A stretch of DNA of 64,000 nucleotides. Origin: a virus. The DNA is taken from the IMG/VR virus record IMGVR_UViG_3300033004_000001, positions 1 to 64,000 of that record, one strand, 5' to 3'. Position numbers and translations under genes: made by a program. Below, piece by piece: positions 41,601-51,581 of the stretch. A model generated the notes under the pieces. The model made no database searches and was not told the origin of the DNA. It worked only from the letters and a program-made list of their open reading frames with translations. Position 1 is the stretch's first letter, and every line of letters starts with the position of its first letter.

Positions 41601-44600
41601 AAGTATTTGATAAAGGATTGTATTATCATGATAGTAATTTTATTCATCAGAATAAAGCTGGTGAATGGAATATCAGAATTCCTAGAGAGTATAAAACTCC
41701 AGAAGCAATTAAAGACTATGTACAATCAGAAAGAGAAAAAGTAAGACAGAATAGAAAAGTTTTACTAACTGCAATCTTATCTGGAAAAGATGTTATTCTT
41801 CATAATATTAAAAGAATAAGTTCTATTCCAAACAATACTGGAAAGAATAGAAATATTGATGAGGTATTAAGAGAAATAGATCCTGATATAAATACTAATA
41901 CTATTGGATTAGGAATAGCTATTGGTAAAGGAAAAGAGAAAGGTATAATATGGACTGGGCATGGTAAAGATAATTTAAAAGGTACTGGAAGCCCTGGTCA
42001 TGTATTCTTTCAAACTAATTTAACTAGTGATGGAGAACCAGAAACTATTAAAGCTAATATATCTAAGTTATCTCAAGAACATGCTAATATATTATGGGAT
42101 GCTATAGTTACTAGATCTCGTAAAGGTAGTGGAGGTAATCAAGCTATACTACCAAATGAAGATGTACAAGGTCTTACAGTAGGAAATGTAATAAACTTAT
42201 TAACTGCTTTTGGTAGAGGTACTGATATTAATCATCCAGATAATGTTGGAAAGAGTCATCTTAAAGATAAACAATTATTTATAGATAATAAACTTAATTT
42301 ACATTATGGAGATAATATAGTAGATCTACATGATGTACTTAAAGGAACTATAGATAGAAATAAGGCTAGAGATAAGTTTGTTAATTGGGCTGTTAATAAT
42401 AAGAATTATAATGTTGCTAAAGAAATTCCAGAGTTAGGAATAGAACTTAATGAACCTATGACTAGAAAATTTAAGTTAGGCTCATGGGTTAGTGATGGAA
42501 CAGATACATATTCTGGTAGTCTAATTAAGAATGGATTTGTTCAAACTGATGTAGCTGAATTTGAAAAGTCTGGGTCGTTATTCCATGCTCCAGTTACTAT
42601 GGTTGATTTAAATGAATCAGGATTAGAAATTAAACCTACTCAACCAATTGTAAATAAAGCTAAGAGAGATGCTAAATTAGTTGACACTCAAGCTACTAAA
42701 CCATCTAATAAACCTAAGAATACTGGAACTAAAAAGATTGAAGCTTCAGAGAAACTTGATATTAAACCTAATGATTTAGAAAAGATTAGATCTTTACCAG
42801 TTGGAACTGATATATATATTACTATACAAGGAACTGCTGGGGAAGGATCAGAAGTTAGAAAAACAGAAGTTCCAAAGTTATTTGTATCGGTAGTAGATAA
42901 TAAAGGTAAAAAAGGATTTCAAATTCAGAATCCTAGAGCTAGAACTTATTTTGATATCTCTACGGCTGAATATATGGATGATCCAAATAAGATATTAGAA
43001 GTTGGAGATGAATCAGTTAAACAATTATCTTCATTAATATCTCAATATAGTAAAGAGGGATTTGATGTTAATATAGATACTTCAAAAGCTATTAAGAAAC
43101 CTATAGCTAAAGTTGAATCTAAAGTTGAAGAAGCTTATGAAGAAGCTAAAGAAAAATATGGAGAAGTATTAACTAAATTAGCAGAAGAAACTCCTCCTAC
43201 TGAAGAAGAACCAATTGATATTAAATTTACTGGAGATCCATTAAATGATGTAGAAACTGATCCTGAAGGAGCTCCATTTAAAATGGTTTATGATGAATCT
43301 CGTAAATATAAACCAGCTGAAATAGAAAAAGAAGTTAAATGGTTTCACGATAAGCTTGGTAAAGATATTCCAATTGAATTAAGAGAAGGATTAATTGATG
43401 TAGCTAAAGTTGGAGGTAAGAAAGCATTTGGACAATTAACTAGAGATGGAATTACTTTATCCAAAATAGCAGAAGAAGGGACTGTATATCATGAAGCATT
43501 TCATAGAGTATCCTTACTATATTTAGATCCTATTCAACGTGAAGAGATTTATAAAGAAGCTAGAAGTAAATATCCTGAACTTAGTAAATCTTCTACTGAT
43601 AGAAGAGTAGAAGAAAACTTAGCTGAGAAGTTTAAAGATTATATTCAAGATAAAGAGAAGAATCCTGATCATACTTTATTAGGTAAGATTGGAGAATTCT
43701 TTCAAAATTTATGGAATTTAGTTAAACAAATATTTACTGGACCAACTAGATTAACTAGTTTAGATATAGATAAACTATTTAGTTCTATTCAATCTGGTAA
43801 ATTTAAATCTTATAAACCGTTACAAGAGAACTTAGATAGATTAGGATTTGGTACATATGAATTAGAATATAAAGATAGACAGCTAGATAATGTTATCAAC
43901 TTTAAAATGATGAAGTCCTTAATTAGAGGATTATCTAGTATGATAATGGAGCCTGTTAGTTATAAACTATTTAAAGATGAAGCTAGAACTAAGTATTCTA
44001 GTATTGATGTAAAAGATTCTTTATCAGCTATTAACTTTGGTGATCTAAGGAAGAAGATTGAGAAATTAAGAGATGATTATGATAAACATAATAATAGAAA
44101 CAAGCAGGTAATAGACATAATTGAGAAAGGGCAACTAACCCCTGAATTAAGCTCACAGTTGAAAGCAGAGTATGGAGTGGACAATACTACCAGAGTTGCT
44201 ACAAATGCTCACCTTGGGCTTGAAAAGGGCCTTAGACTGGCTTCTTTATATCAGGAGGTACTAGACAACTATGACACTATCTTTAAAGATGAAATTCAGA
44301 ATTATATCTATAACGAACTAGGAGTTAAAAGAATTGATAATGGTGATGAAGACGAAAGAGTAACTAATGCTGAGACAGCAGCACATGATACAGAGGCATA
44401 TGAAAGGTCTGCTAAGGACAGTATTTCTAATGCTATTAAGTTTATGTTGCATGGGTTACATGCATCTGGAGATAAGAATCCTGATACTGGATTATGGGAG
44501 TTTGTACCATTTGATGAAATATGGAGTAGATTATCTAATGATTTACATAATAAGACTACCATAGAAGATATGATTAAGAAGCTTGATTCTTCAAATTATT

Positions 44601-47600
44601 TTCCATATGAACAATTAGCTAAGAAACTAAAAGCTGGTAGTGAGTTATTAAGAACTCAATTCTATACATCTCTTAGAGGACATAGATATAATTTTATTAA
44701 TGCTATGTTTAAAGAAGCTGCTGGTAGAAAGAAGGGAGAGTTACCAAACTTTTCAATGTATTTTACAGATGCAGATATTGAAAATTCTGCTAAGAATGCA
44801 GTTAGACTTTGGGGTGATGTATTTGCTATATCTGATTTAGTATCAGAAGGAGCAGTTAATACTAAGAAATTAGAGAAGATAATTAAAGACTTTGATAATA
44901 TTATTGAAGATTATAGAGAGGCTACTAATACTAAAGCTTTAATAAATACTGAAGATTATAAAGATAGATTAGTATCTATTCTTAAAGATATTCATATAGA
45001 TGTAGATAATAAGACTATTGATAATCTATTAGGTGATATTATAGATAGTGGTAAAGCTGGTACTGAAGAATTGGCATTAGGACAATTAATAGAAGATAGA
45101 TTATTTAATGGGTTATTTTCTACTAATAGTACTCTTTATAAATATGCTACTGGAGCTGATGTTAAATCTAGAGTTACATTAGAACCTAAGACATTATTTA
45201 GAAATGAGTCTATAGTTACTGATTTATCTAGAGCATTTGCTAAAACTAACTATGAAAATATTTCAGATAATATTTCTGGAGCAGATGGAGGTAATAAACA
45301 TGTATTTTCTAAGAATAGTTTAACTACAGATGTAATTCATTATTTAAAAACTGATGATGAATATTTAGATAAACTATTATCAGATGTATCTTCTAAATAT
45401 TCACATTATCTTAATCAAATAAAAAATAATCCTAGAGTTAGAAATAGACTTAAAGTTGGAACATTTAATGCTTTGATTAAAGATAATAGTTCTGATTCTG
45501 GTAGAGATTATCTAGATATATCTCCTACTGAAGATTTCTTATATAAACTCAATGCTACTAGATTTGGAACTGGGAATATGATTCTTCCAACAATTGCTGG
45601 TAGAAAAACTTATTATACTTTAAATGGATTTGATAGAATAGAACTTAAGTATCAGAAATTACCTTCTGGAGAACTTGTTATTCCAGATGATATAATTGAT
45701 ATATTTTATAAGTATGCTCAAGGAGAAGCTAATAAGATAGAGAAAGCTTGGCAGACTCTTAAGAAGTATAGTAAACTAGATGAAAAAGGTAACGTTATAA
45801 AAGGTACTACAGATTTTAAAAATCTTGTTGATAACTATCATTATGTTAAAGAAGGGAAGGTTAATAATATAGATAAAGGACAGGCATATAAGTATCAACA
45901 TATGTTTGAATCTTTTAATGAAAAAGGATTTGATATAAAGAATGAAGCAGATGTAAGAGATAGAATTAGAAAGATATTACAGAGTGATATAGATGCTACC
46001 ATTGAATATGCTAAAGATAATGATATAATAACTTCTACAACTAAAGATAAAAAGGAATTATTAGCTCCTAAGCTTCTTGATAGAGATATGGTATCTGAAT
46101 TAGCTAATAAGAGTTATGGAGGAGATATAGATGCAGCTACCAGGTCAATATTAGCTGATTATACTGTTAATACTAAGATATCATCTATTGAGACTATGAT
46201 GATGTTTATGGGTGATATATCTTTCTATTTTGATAAAAAGACTGAAGATCCAGCAGTTGATTATGCAAAACGTTTAGCTGTATTAATTTCTACTGGAACT
46301 AATTATAGAGAGACTATACCAGTTGATTTTGAAAATCCTACATATGGAGTTATTACATTAACTGAACAAAAATTAAATAGTAAATATCTAGATCTTATCA
46401 CAGATAAGTATAGGGAAATGTTACTTAAAAAGTATAATAAAGAACAAGCAGAAGAAATATTATCAAAACATCTTAAAGCATATGAAGATATTCAACCAAC
46501 TGATGCTATGGTACTTATTTCTCCTAATATGTATAAAGGAGAATCGCTTCGTTTAGGTGAATGGGGTGATAAAGAAGAAGCTGCTTTTAATATACTTAAT
46601 TCTGATAAAGAATTGTCTCCAGAAGAAGAAGCTATAGCATTAGGAATATCTGAGAAACCATTAAAAGATGTATATTTTGAGAGAGTTAGTTATGATATAG
46701 ATAATGATAATAAACTTCTAATTCCTACTTTTGATAAGATGGCTAAATTTACATTAAATAGACGTCTTGTAAAAGGAACTTATTTTGAAGACTTATTAGA
46801 TAGAATGGAAGCTGTTGGTAAGTACGAAGGTCTTGAGAAAGTATGTGAAGCTAAATTTACTACTGCAGTTAAAGTTGGAAATAGACAATCAACTGAATAC
46901 TTTAAGAATCCTAATACTAATGAACAATCAGTTACTGATTTAACAAATGTTCCAATACGTCAACAAAGTTTTAAATTCTTACGTCGTCAGGTTAATACGG
47001 ATCCTCATGAAGAACAAAAAGTTCTCTATGGAACTCAAGCTAAGAAGGTTACACTGCTTAATATATCAAATGATAATGATTATAATTTAGGTGGTAAATC
47101 TACAAAAGGGTTAGACATAAAGAGAAATATTACAAAATCTTTAACTACATTATCAGATAAAGAAACTAATAGACTTCTCGATAAACTTGGTGCAGATTTG
47201 AAGACTGGTAAGATGGATTCTGATCTATTCTACAATACATTATTAGCTGATGCTAAGACAGCTGGTATGTCATATCCAGTTCAAGAAGCATTACGTAGAC
47301 ATATTCCAATAGATTTACTTCCTGAAAAGAAATGGATATTGCAGAGATTTAGCGCAATGGCTAATAAACATGGAATAGATGTCCATTTTCCTGGACAACA
47401 GTTAATATTAATGTCTGGATATGGATTAGGATTAAAATCAATTCCTGATGAAACTAATAATTTAAGATTCTTATTTGATGAGAAAGGTAAACTTTCAGGA
47501 TCTGAAGTAAAATTACCAGTTCATGTATTTAAAGATGTTATTCCTAACTATGAGAATATGAGTTGGGAACAAAAAGTTGAATGGTTAAAAAAGAATCCTA

Positions 47601-50600
47601 ATATGTTGGAAGGAATTGTATCTTATATTCCTAACCAAGGACAGAACCATAATATGGTTGTTAAGGTAAAAGAGTTTCTACCTGAACAAATGGCAGATGT
47701 TATTATATTCCCTAATGAACTTACAACTTTAACTGGAAAAGACTTTGACGTAGATAAAGGATTCTTTGCTAGATACAATTATAAAACTAACAAAGATGGT
47801 AAAGTATCTAAAGTTCCATTTATGACAGATGATAATTCTACTCCTGATCAAAGATACGATAAGTTATTGAATGAAGAATTCTATAATAATAGGTACATAT
47901 TTACTAAGGAATTCTATAGAGATTTACAAGAAGCTAGAGATAACTTATATGGATCATTAGATTATAAGAATAAACTCTTAGGAGATGATAAAGTTAAGTT
48001 AGAAACTTTATTTGACTTAAGAAAGGAATTGTCTAAGAGATTTGATGAAGCATCTGAAAATGAAAAAGCATTCTATCATAAACAACTTTTAACTCTTGAT
48101 AGTAGAATTGATGATGTACTATACTATAATGATCTTATTAAAGAAAATGATGGATTACTAAAAGATTATAAGAGTGTTATAGAAGAAGCTTTAGTTAAGA
48201 ATAATATATTACCTTCTAGAGATGAATTTAAGAAACAACATGCTGAAGGAAAATTAGATTACTTTAAACAGAATACTAAACAAGCTATTCAAAATTATTA
48301 TTTAGATAATGTTAAATCTGTATTACTTAATGATAATCATTTCTTATCTACTAGCGCTCCTCTCGGAGCTGTTACAGGACGACTAAAGAAGTTAGAAGAG
48401 AAAGTAACTAAAGCAGAAGAAGCTGGTAAAAAGAGATCTAGAGATTTTACTGGACCAGTTGCTCAAGCAAATTTAAAATATCAATTTGGTAGTGGTGGAC
48501 AAGGAAAAGCTGTTTTCTCTTTAAGTAATTCTCATCATGCTATGACTCAATATGCTGATGTATCTTTTAGAAAGGATATAGGAGTTGGAGTTAAAAATGA
48601 TGATGGAACGTATAAGAATAGTTTACATGAACAATATGGTAATGTTGAAAGAGACGGAGAAAGAGTATTAATATCTGACTGGGGATCAGCTTTAATTGAT
48701 GCTCACGTTGATATAGAAAAAGATCCATTTATCATTAAACTTAATGTAGTTAAGCCTACTTATAATGTAACTTCATTATTAATTAGAACTGGAGTTGGAG
48801 AGAAGACATTTGAATTCTTATCTCAACCAATTCTTAAAGATTTCTCTAAAGCGTCTATTAATGATGATAGTGAAATTACTACAGAACAAGATAAACCTAT
48901 AGCTGTAGTTAGAAATAAATGGAATGATTTATATGAAAAATCTCTTAAATCTGAATTTAAAGATGTACAAGAGTCTCGTAGAGAAGATGTTAAGATTAGA
49001 ACTGAACTTGCTGAATACAAACCATTAGATGAAGATTTATTAAAGTTATTACAAACTCCTGTTAGAGATTCTAGATGGTATTTTAAACAAATTAAAATAT
49101 TAGATTTATTTAATACTTTAGATAAAGGACCAGCTAAAGAACTAAATAGATTAGTAATGGCTTCTAGAGTTGATACTAAGAAGTATGGTAATAATATGAC
49201 TGAAATAAAGATGTATTTAGATGCTGTCAGAGACTTACATAAAGAAAATATCTTTACTAATCTTGATAAGTTATTACCATATGATTCAGATACAAATACT
49301 GCTAAGGATGTAGAAGATGGAACATTCAACTCTGCATACTTACGTAATGGTCCTCTTCTTGTAAGTAAGTTAATGTCAGATAGAACTATAACTGCTACTC
49401 CTACATTCAATAGTATTATAGATAGACTTGTAACTCTTACTAAAAGTAAATACGCTAGGAATAAAGAAGGATTATTAAATCATATGGCAGATGAAGTTAG
49501 TGCTGCATATATGTCTAGGTTCTTTACTGATAAGAATTTATTAAACTTAAATAGTAAGAAAGTTGGTTCTATAATGGATAGAGTTACTAAGTTCTTAGAA
49601 ACTGTTAACACTAATCCTAATTATAAAGATAAATTAAAAGATAACATTTTAATACAATCTCTTATTAAAGGTAGAGATAGTATGGATGGAATGACATTCT
49701 TTGGAATTCCAACTATAAAATCAAATGATAATTTTACTAAAGATGATTTAATGTTTGCTTGGCAAGACTTATTACAAAGTGATGATGTAACTTTAAGAAA
49801 CTTTGGTAAAGAGTTATTCGTATATTCATTTTATACATCAGGATTAAAGAGAGGATTATTTTCAATATTTCATTATGTTCCACCAGCATTATTAGATGAA
49901 TTAGATATTAATTACGTTGATCCAGAAACTAATGAAAAGAAATCCACTATATTAAGTTATTCAGATTATACTGATGGATTACTAGCACAGGATGTAATGA
50001 GTAATACTATATATGAAGGAATAGATAAAGAAGTATTTAAAAATAATTGGCATAATCCTAAATATGTACCTCAATTAAATCCAATTGATGTTCAGAATAT
50101 AATTCCTAGAAAATCTGGAGATCCTGCTGTTGTTACAATATATGGTAGATATACTATTCCTAAGTTACGAATAGGTAATAATATATATGATCAACCTATT
50201 TTTAAGCCTTATATTAATTATATAGTTGACGAAAAGACTTCACATTTAATGGAATATATTGGATATCATGATATTGATAAAACTCCAGTATATAAAGTTG
50301 TTGGTAAGATGGGATATTATAATAAAGGGAGAGTTATTAAGGAATATGGATTAGAAGAATCAACTCTTGAAAGAAATAGAATTAAAGAAATTCCAGATGA
50401 AACAATGCTTCCTTTTATAGAGAAAGCTAAGATGTATGAATCATTTATCTATATACCACCAGAAAATAGAGATATAGCTGAGAATAAAAGATCTGAAGAA
50501 GAAGTTGAGAATAATGATGCTAAAGATAAAGTTACTCCTACTACTGGAGAAGGAACTACTGTTGAAACAGTAAAACTTAAAATGATCACTCCTGATAAGG

Positions 50601-50806
50601 AGAAAGAAGATTTGAAAAGAGAGATATCTGAATCTGAGATTTATTCAGATAAACAGAAAGATGAATTACATAAACTAATAGATGACAAAGATGTTAAATC
50701 TCCAGAGGATATTAATGATTTGATAAAAATAATTTGTGATAAATATGGATCTCCAAGAGTTAAAATTACTCCAGGAGCTAAGAATAGATTTTCAATTAAT
50801 GATTAA
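38663..50806 (+). CDS. Giant virion-associated RNA polymerase polyprotein (double-psi beta-barrel) with zincin-like domain
   Basis: 4047 aa; DFDVDK at 47741-47758, AVKVG, GTQ..K, HVD..KDP; HEAFH at 43490; N-terminal Gly/Ala-rich membrane-like segments. Confidence 0.9.
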   Translation: MPNNKQQAQQEPTPSWALQRNRPTYNTVTGEFSPVSSLLDKDEHERIKKIPFTGGNAATYLGDAGESVYDKNLSRQNIDLKDEFRGQNQPAMAKLGAGLAKALITTGTTAADGIIGTAVGLGNMAVEQKGSAFWDNPFTNWMNDINNSAEKWFPSYYTEQEKNASFIGQLGYANFWGDKFLKNLGFVAGMVLDGVITGGASMEALGGKAIAAKLPEAIANAALKGSEALATASKAGDMIGLTSEIINNAKQLNRINKISQGVSSILSAQGMSRFMALDDANRFYTENYQKLQQQMQDGKIGLEDYNLKMASLKKASEGYGNADFLANVVVLGLSSGIQFKNLFTKGFTPSETIAKGIVGSVEAGYTYERPVIQHAAKIAKNILAESGMFQEQYAASVATSDFYQKKFDGKKQDKIDDIYHSIYKGLVDAYGSREGWNQGLLGSVIGLIGVPTISSKGLDWGGGIRGDIKEVREQNAANQEAARRLNEVLKSDDFKNNYQSLIRNLSLEDEKNEAAAKGDKFEVLNKQHDQFINDALQFIRAGRYEDFQNNIKFIRNSNAEEVKQLFKTKTNEDVTRELYGLKPKALEGHVFEKYTADEITDKLNENANKMLSNAKTIKDLYDAYSVKYPGISEDAKELLIYTASKLEDINERLNDINKESINKFGLDINNYIKLKKDGNIDLSSVAEGMEEYQKHYDQVIKEQELSGRFNPVDVENFERNFQDFPKLIITKADFIDLYRQNITAKGPEKVQETINKADEERKTVEGTAVIEPMPDDLVTYTNTDGETNVYKINQIDENDNVTLTPTDTEGVPTGEADIIVTKNDIKLYQKEGKGKEELSKTEPVNESETTTVPNKEFYPEHGRGLRDASVSISHSHWDGKLGKTVIRNEDFDKYISSPKNDITKDKVQFRIDTGTEDEYKSSLWRLHKKIKAKLDKGETFTEKEISDIVNSRRTTEDRDEYNSIVDTLPIKIDYITKDGEVFDKGLYYHDSNFIHQNKAGEWNIRIPREYKTPEAIKDYVQSEREKVRQNRKVLLTAILSGKDVILHNIKRISSIPNNTGKNRNIDEVLREIDPDINTNTIGLGIAIGKGKEKGIIWTGHGKDNLKGTGSPGHVFFQTNLTSDGEPETIKANISKLSQEHANILWDAIVTRSRKGSGGNQAILPNEDVQGLTVGNVINLLTAFGRGTDINHPDNVGKSHLKDKQLFIDNKLNLHYGDNIVDLHDVLKGTIDRNKARDKFVNWAVNNKNYNVAKEIPELGIELNEPMTRKFKLGSWVSDGTDTYSGSLIKNGFVQTDVAEFEKSGSLFHAPVTMVDLNESGLEIKPTQPIVNKAKRDAKLVDTQATKPSNKPKNTGTKKIEASEKLDIKPNDLEKIRSLPVGTDIYITIQGTAGEGSEVRKTEVPKLFVSVVDNKGKKGFQIQNPRARTYFDISTAEYMDDPNKILEVGDESVKQLSSLISQYSKEGFDVNIDTSKAIKKPIAKVESKVEEAYEEAKEKYGEVLTKLAEETPPTEEEPIDIKFTGDPLNDVETDPEGAPFKMVYDESRKYKPAEIEKEVKWFHDKLGKDIPIELREGLIDVAKVGGKKAFGQLTRDGITLSKIAEEGTVYHEAFHRVSLLYLDPIQREEIYKEARSKYPELSKSSTDRRVEENLAEKFKDYIQDKEKNPDHTLLGKIGEFFQNLWNLVKQIFTGPTRLTSLDIDKLFSSIQSGKFKSYKPLQENLDRLGFGTYELEYKDRQLDNVINFKMMKSLIRGLSSMIMEPVSYKLFKDEARTKYSSIDVKDSLSAINFGDLRKKIEKLRDDYDKHNNRNKQVIDIIEKGQLTPELSSQLKAEYGVDNTTRVATNAHLGLEKGLRLASLYQEVLDNYDTIFKDEIQNYIYNELGVKRIDNGDEDERVTNAETAAHDTEAYERSAKDSISNAIKFMLHGLHASGDKNPDTGLWEFVPFDEIWSRLSNDLHNKTTIEDMIKKLDSSNYFPYEQLAKKLKAGSELLRTQFYTSLRGHRYNFINAMFKEAAGRKKGELPNFSMYFTDADIENSAKNAVRLWGDVFAISDLVSEGAVNTKKLEKIIKDFDNIIEDYREATNTKALINTEDYKDRLVSILKDIHIDVDNKTIDNLLGDIIDSGKAGTEELALGQLIEDRLFNGLFSTNSTLYKYATGADVKSRVTLEPKTLFRNESIVTDLSRAFAKTNYENISDNISGADGGNKHVFSKNSLTTDVIHYLKTDDEYLDKLLSDVSSKYSHYLNQIKNNPRVRNRLKVGTFNALIKDNSSDSGRDYLDISPTEDFLYKLNATRFGTGNMILPTIAGRKTYYTLNGFDRIELKYQKLPSGELVIPDDIIDIFYKYAQGEANKIEKAWQTLKKYSKLDEKGNVIKGTTDFKNLVDNYHYVKEGKVNNIDKGQAYKYQHMFESFNEKGFDIKNEADVRDRIRKILQSDIDATIEYAKDNDIITSTTKDKKELLAPKLLDRDMVSELANKSYGGDIDAATRSILADYTVNTKISSIETMMMFMGDISFYFDKKTEDPAVDYAKRLAVLISTGTNYRETIPVDFENPTYGVITLTEQKLNSKYLDLITDKYREMLLKKYNKEQAEEILSKHLKAYEDIQPTDAMVLISPNMYKGESLRLGEWGDKEEAAFNILNSDKELSPEEEAIALGISEKPLKDVYFERVSYDIDNDNKLLIPTFDKMAKFTLNRRLVKGTYFEDLLDRMEAVGKYEGLEKVCEAKFTTAVKVGNRQSTEYFKNPNTNEQSVTDLTNVPIRQQSFKFLRRQVNTDPHEEQKVLYGTQAKKVTLLNISNDNDYNLGGKSTKGLDIKRNITKSLTTLSDKETNRLLDKLGADLKTGKMDSDLFYNTLLADAKTAGMSYPVQEALRRHIPIDLLPEKKWILQRFSAMANKHGIDVHFPGQQLILMSGYGLGLKSIPDETNNLRFLFDEKGKLSGSEVKLPVHVFKDVIPNYENMSWEQKVEWLKKNPNMLEGIVSYIPNQGQNHNMVVKVKEFLPEQMADVIIFPNELTTLTGKDFDVDKGFFARYNYKTNKDGKVSKVPFMTDDNSTPDQRYDKLLNEEFYNNRYIFTKEFYRDLQEARDNLYGSLDYKNKLLGDDKVKLETLFDLRKELSKRFDEASENEKAFYHKQLLTLDSRIDDVLYYNDLIKENDGLLKDYKSVIEEALVKNNILPSRDEFKKQHAEGKLDYFKQNTKQAIQNYYLDNVKSVLLNDNHFLSTSAPLGAVTGRLKKLEEKVTKAEEAGKKRSRDFTGPVAQANLKYQFGSGGQGKAVFSLSNSHHAMTQYADVSFRKDIGVGVKNDDGTYKNSLHEQYGNVERDGERVLISDWGSALIDAHVDIEKDPFIIKLNVVKPTYNVTSLLIRTGVGEKTFEFLSQPILKDFSKASINDDSEITTEQDKPIAVVRNKWNDLYEKSLKSEFKDVQESRREDVKIRTELAEYKPLDEDLLKLLQTPVRDSRWYFKQIKILDLFNTLDKGPAKELNRLVMASRVDTKKYGNNMTEIKMYLDAVRDLHKENIFTNLDKLLPYDSDTNTAKDVEDGTFNSAYLRNGPLLVSKLMSDRTITATPTFNSIIDRLVTLTKSKYARNKEGLLNHMADEVSAAYMSRFFTDKNLLNLNSKKVGSIMDRVTKFLETVNTNPNYKDKLKDNILIQSLIKGRDSMDGMTFFGIPTIKSNDNFTKDDLMFAWQDLLQSDDVTLRNFGKELFVYSFYTSGLKRGLFSIFHYVPPALLDELDINYVDPETNEKKSTILSYSDYTDGLLAQDVMSNTIYEGIDKEVFKNNWHNPKYVPQLNPIDVQNIIPRKSGDPAVVTIYGRYTIPKLRIGNNIYDQPIFKPYINYIVDEKTSHLMEYIGYHDIDKTPVYKVVGKMGYYNKGRVIKEYGLEESTLERNRIKEIPDETMLPFIEKAKMYESFIYIPPENRDIAENKRSEEEVENNDAKDKVTPTTGEGTTVETVKLKMITPDKEKEDLKREISESEIYSDKQKDELHKLIDDKDVKSPEDINDLIKIICDKYGSPRVKITPGAKNRFSIND

Positions 50807-50820
50807 TTATATGTACTAAG

Positions 50821-51192
50821 ATGAAAGATAATAAGAATTACGGAATGGAAATAATAGTAGATCTTCATGATTGTAATATTAAGAGATTTACTAGAAAAAG
50901 TCTAGATGAGTTTTTCTTAAAGATATGTGAATTAAGCGATATGACTGCAGTGGGTAAGCCCAAATACTGGCACGAGTTATCTAATATACCACACCTTAAG
51001 GGTTACTCAGGAATACAGTTTATAAAGACAAGTAATATACTAATACATACATTAGATATTACAAGAGATGCTTATATAAATTTTTTTAGTTGTAAAGAGT
51101 TTGATGTTGATCAAATTCTCAGCTTTATTACAGAACATTTTCAAGCAGGACGAGTATATCATAAACTAATATATAGAGGAGAAAATAGATAA
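50821..51192 (+). CDS. Pyruvoyl-dependent decarboxylase proenzyme, AdoMetDC/SpeD class 1b fold, divergent
   Basis: G..IIVDL..C, GYS63, T70-S71, IH76T, FSC91K: spacing of processing residues conserved. Confidence 0.85.
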   Translation: MKDNKNYGMEIIVDLHDCNIKRFTRKSLDEFFLKICELSDMTAVGKPKYWHELSNIPHLKGYSGIQFIKTSNILIHTLDITRDAYINFFSCKEFDVDQILSFITEHFQAGRVYHKLIYRGENR

Positions 51193-51581
51193 TGTATAAG
51201 ATAGAATCTGGAGTATCTAAAGATAAAATGAGATACTTTATAGAACAAGGAGTGTCGACATGGGGTGATTATTTTATAAAAGATGGAGTTCTAAATTTTC
51301 AAATAGTTGAACATAAAAATGATATATATTCAAGACTTACTTTAATACACGAATTAATTGAACAAATGTTATTAGAAGCTAAAGGAGTTAATATAGATGA
51401 TATTGATAAATTTGACTTTGAATTTGAAAAAGATCCAGAAAGAACATCTAAATATTTTGAATCTGGAGATGATCCTAATTGTCCTTATAAAGCAGAACAT
51501 GATTATGCAGACTCTGTATTAAAAGAAATGTGTACTAAAATGAATATTAATTTTGAAGATTATATAAATGACGAATTATAA
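51192..51581 (+). CDS. Hypothetical metal-binding protein (HExxE...H)
   Basis: GDY, LIHELIE, D.FD, GDDP.CPY..EH..A; coupled to both neighbours. Confidence 0.6.
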   Translation: MYKIESGVSKDKMRYFIEQGVSTWGDYFIKDGVLNFQIVEHKNDIYSRLTLIHELIEQMLLEAKGVNIDDIDKFDFEFEKDPERTSKYFESGDDPNCPYKAEHDYADSVLKEMCTKMNINFEDYINDEL

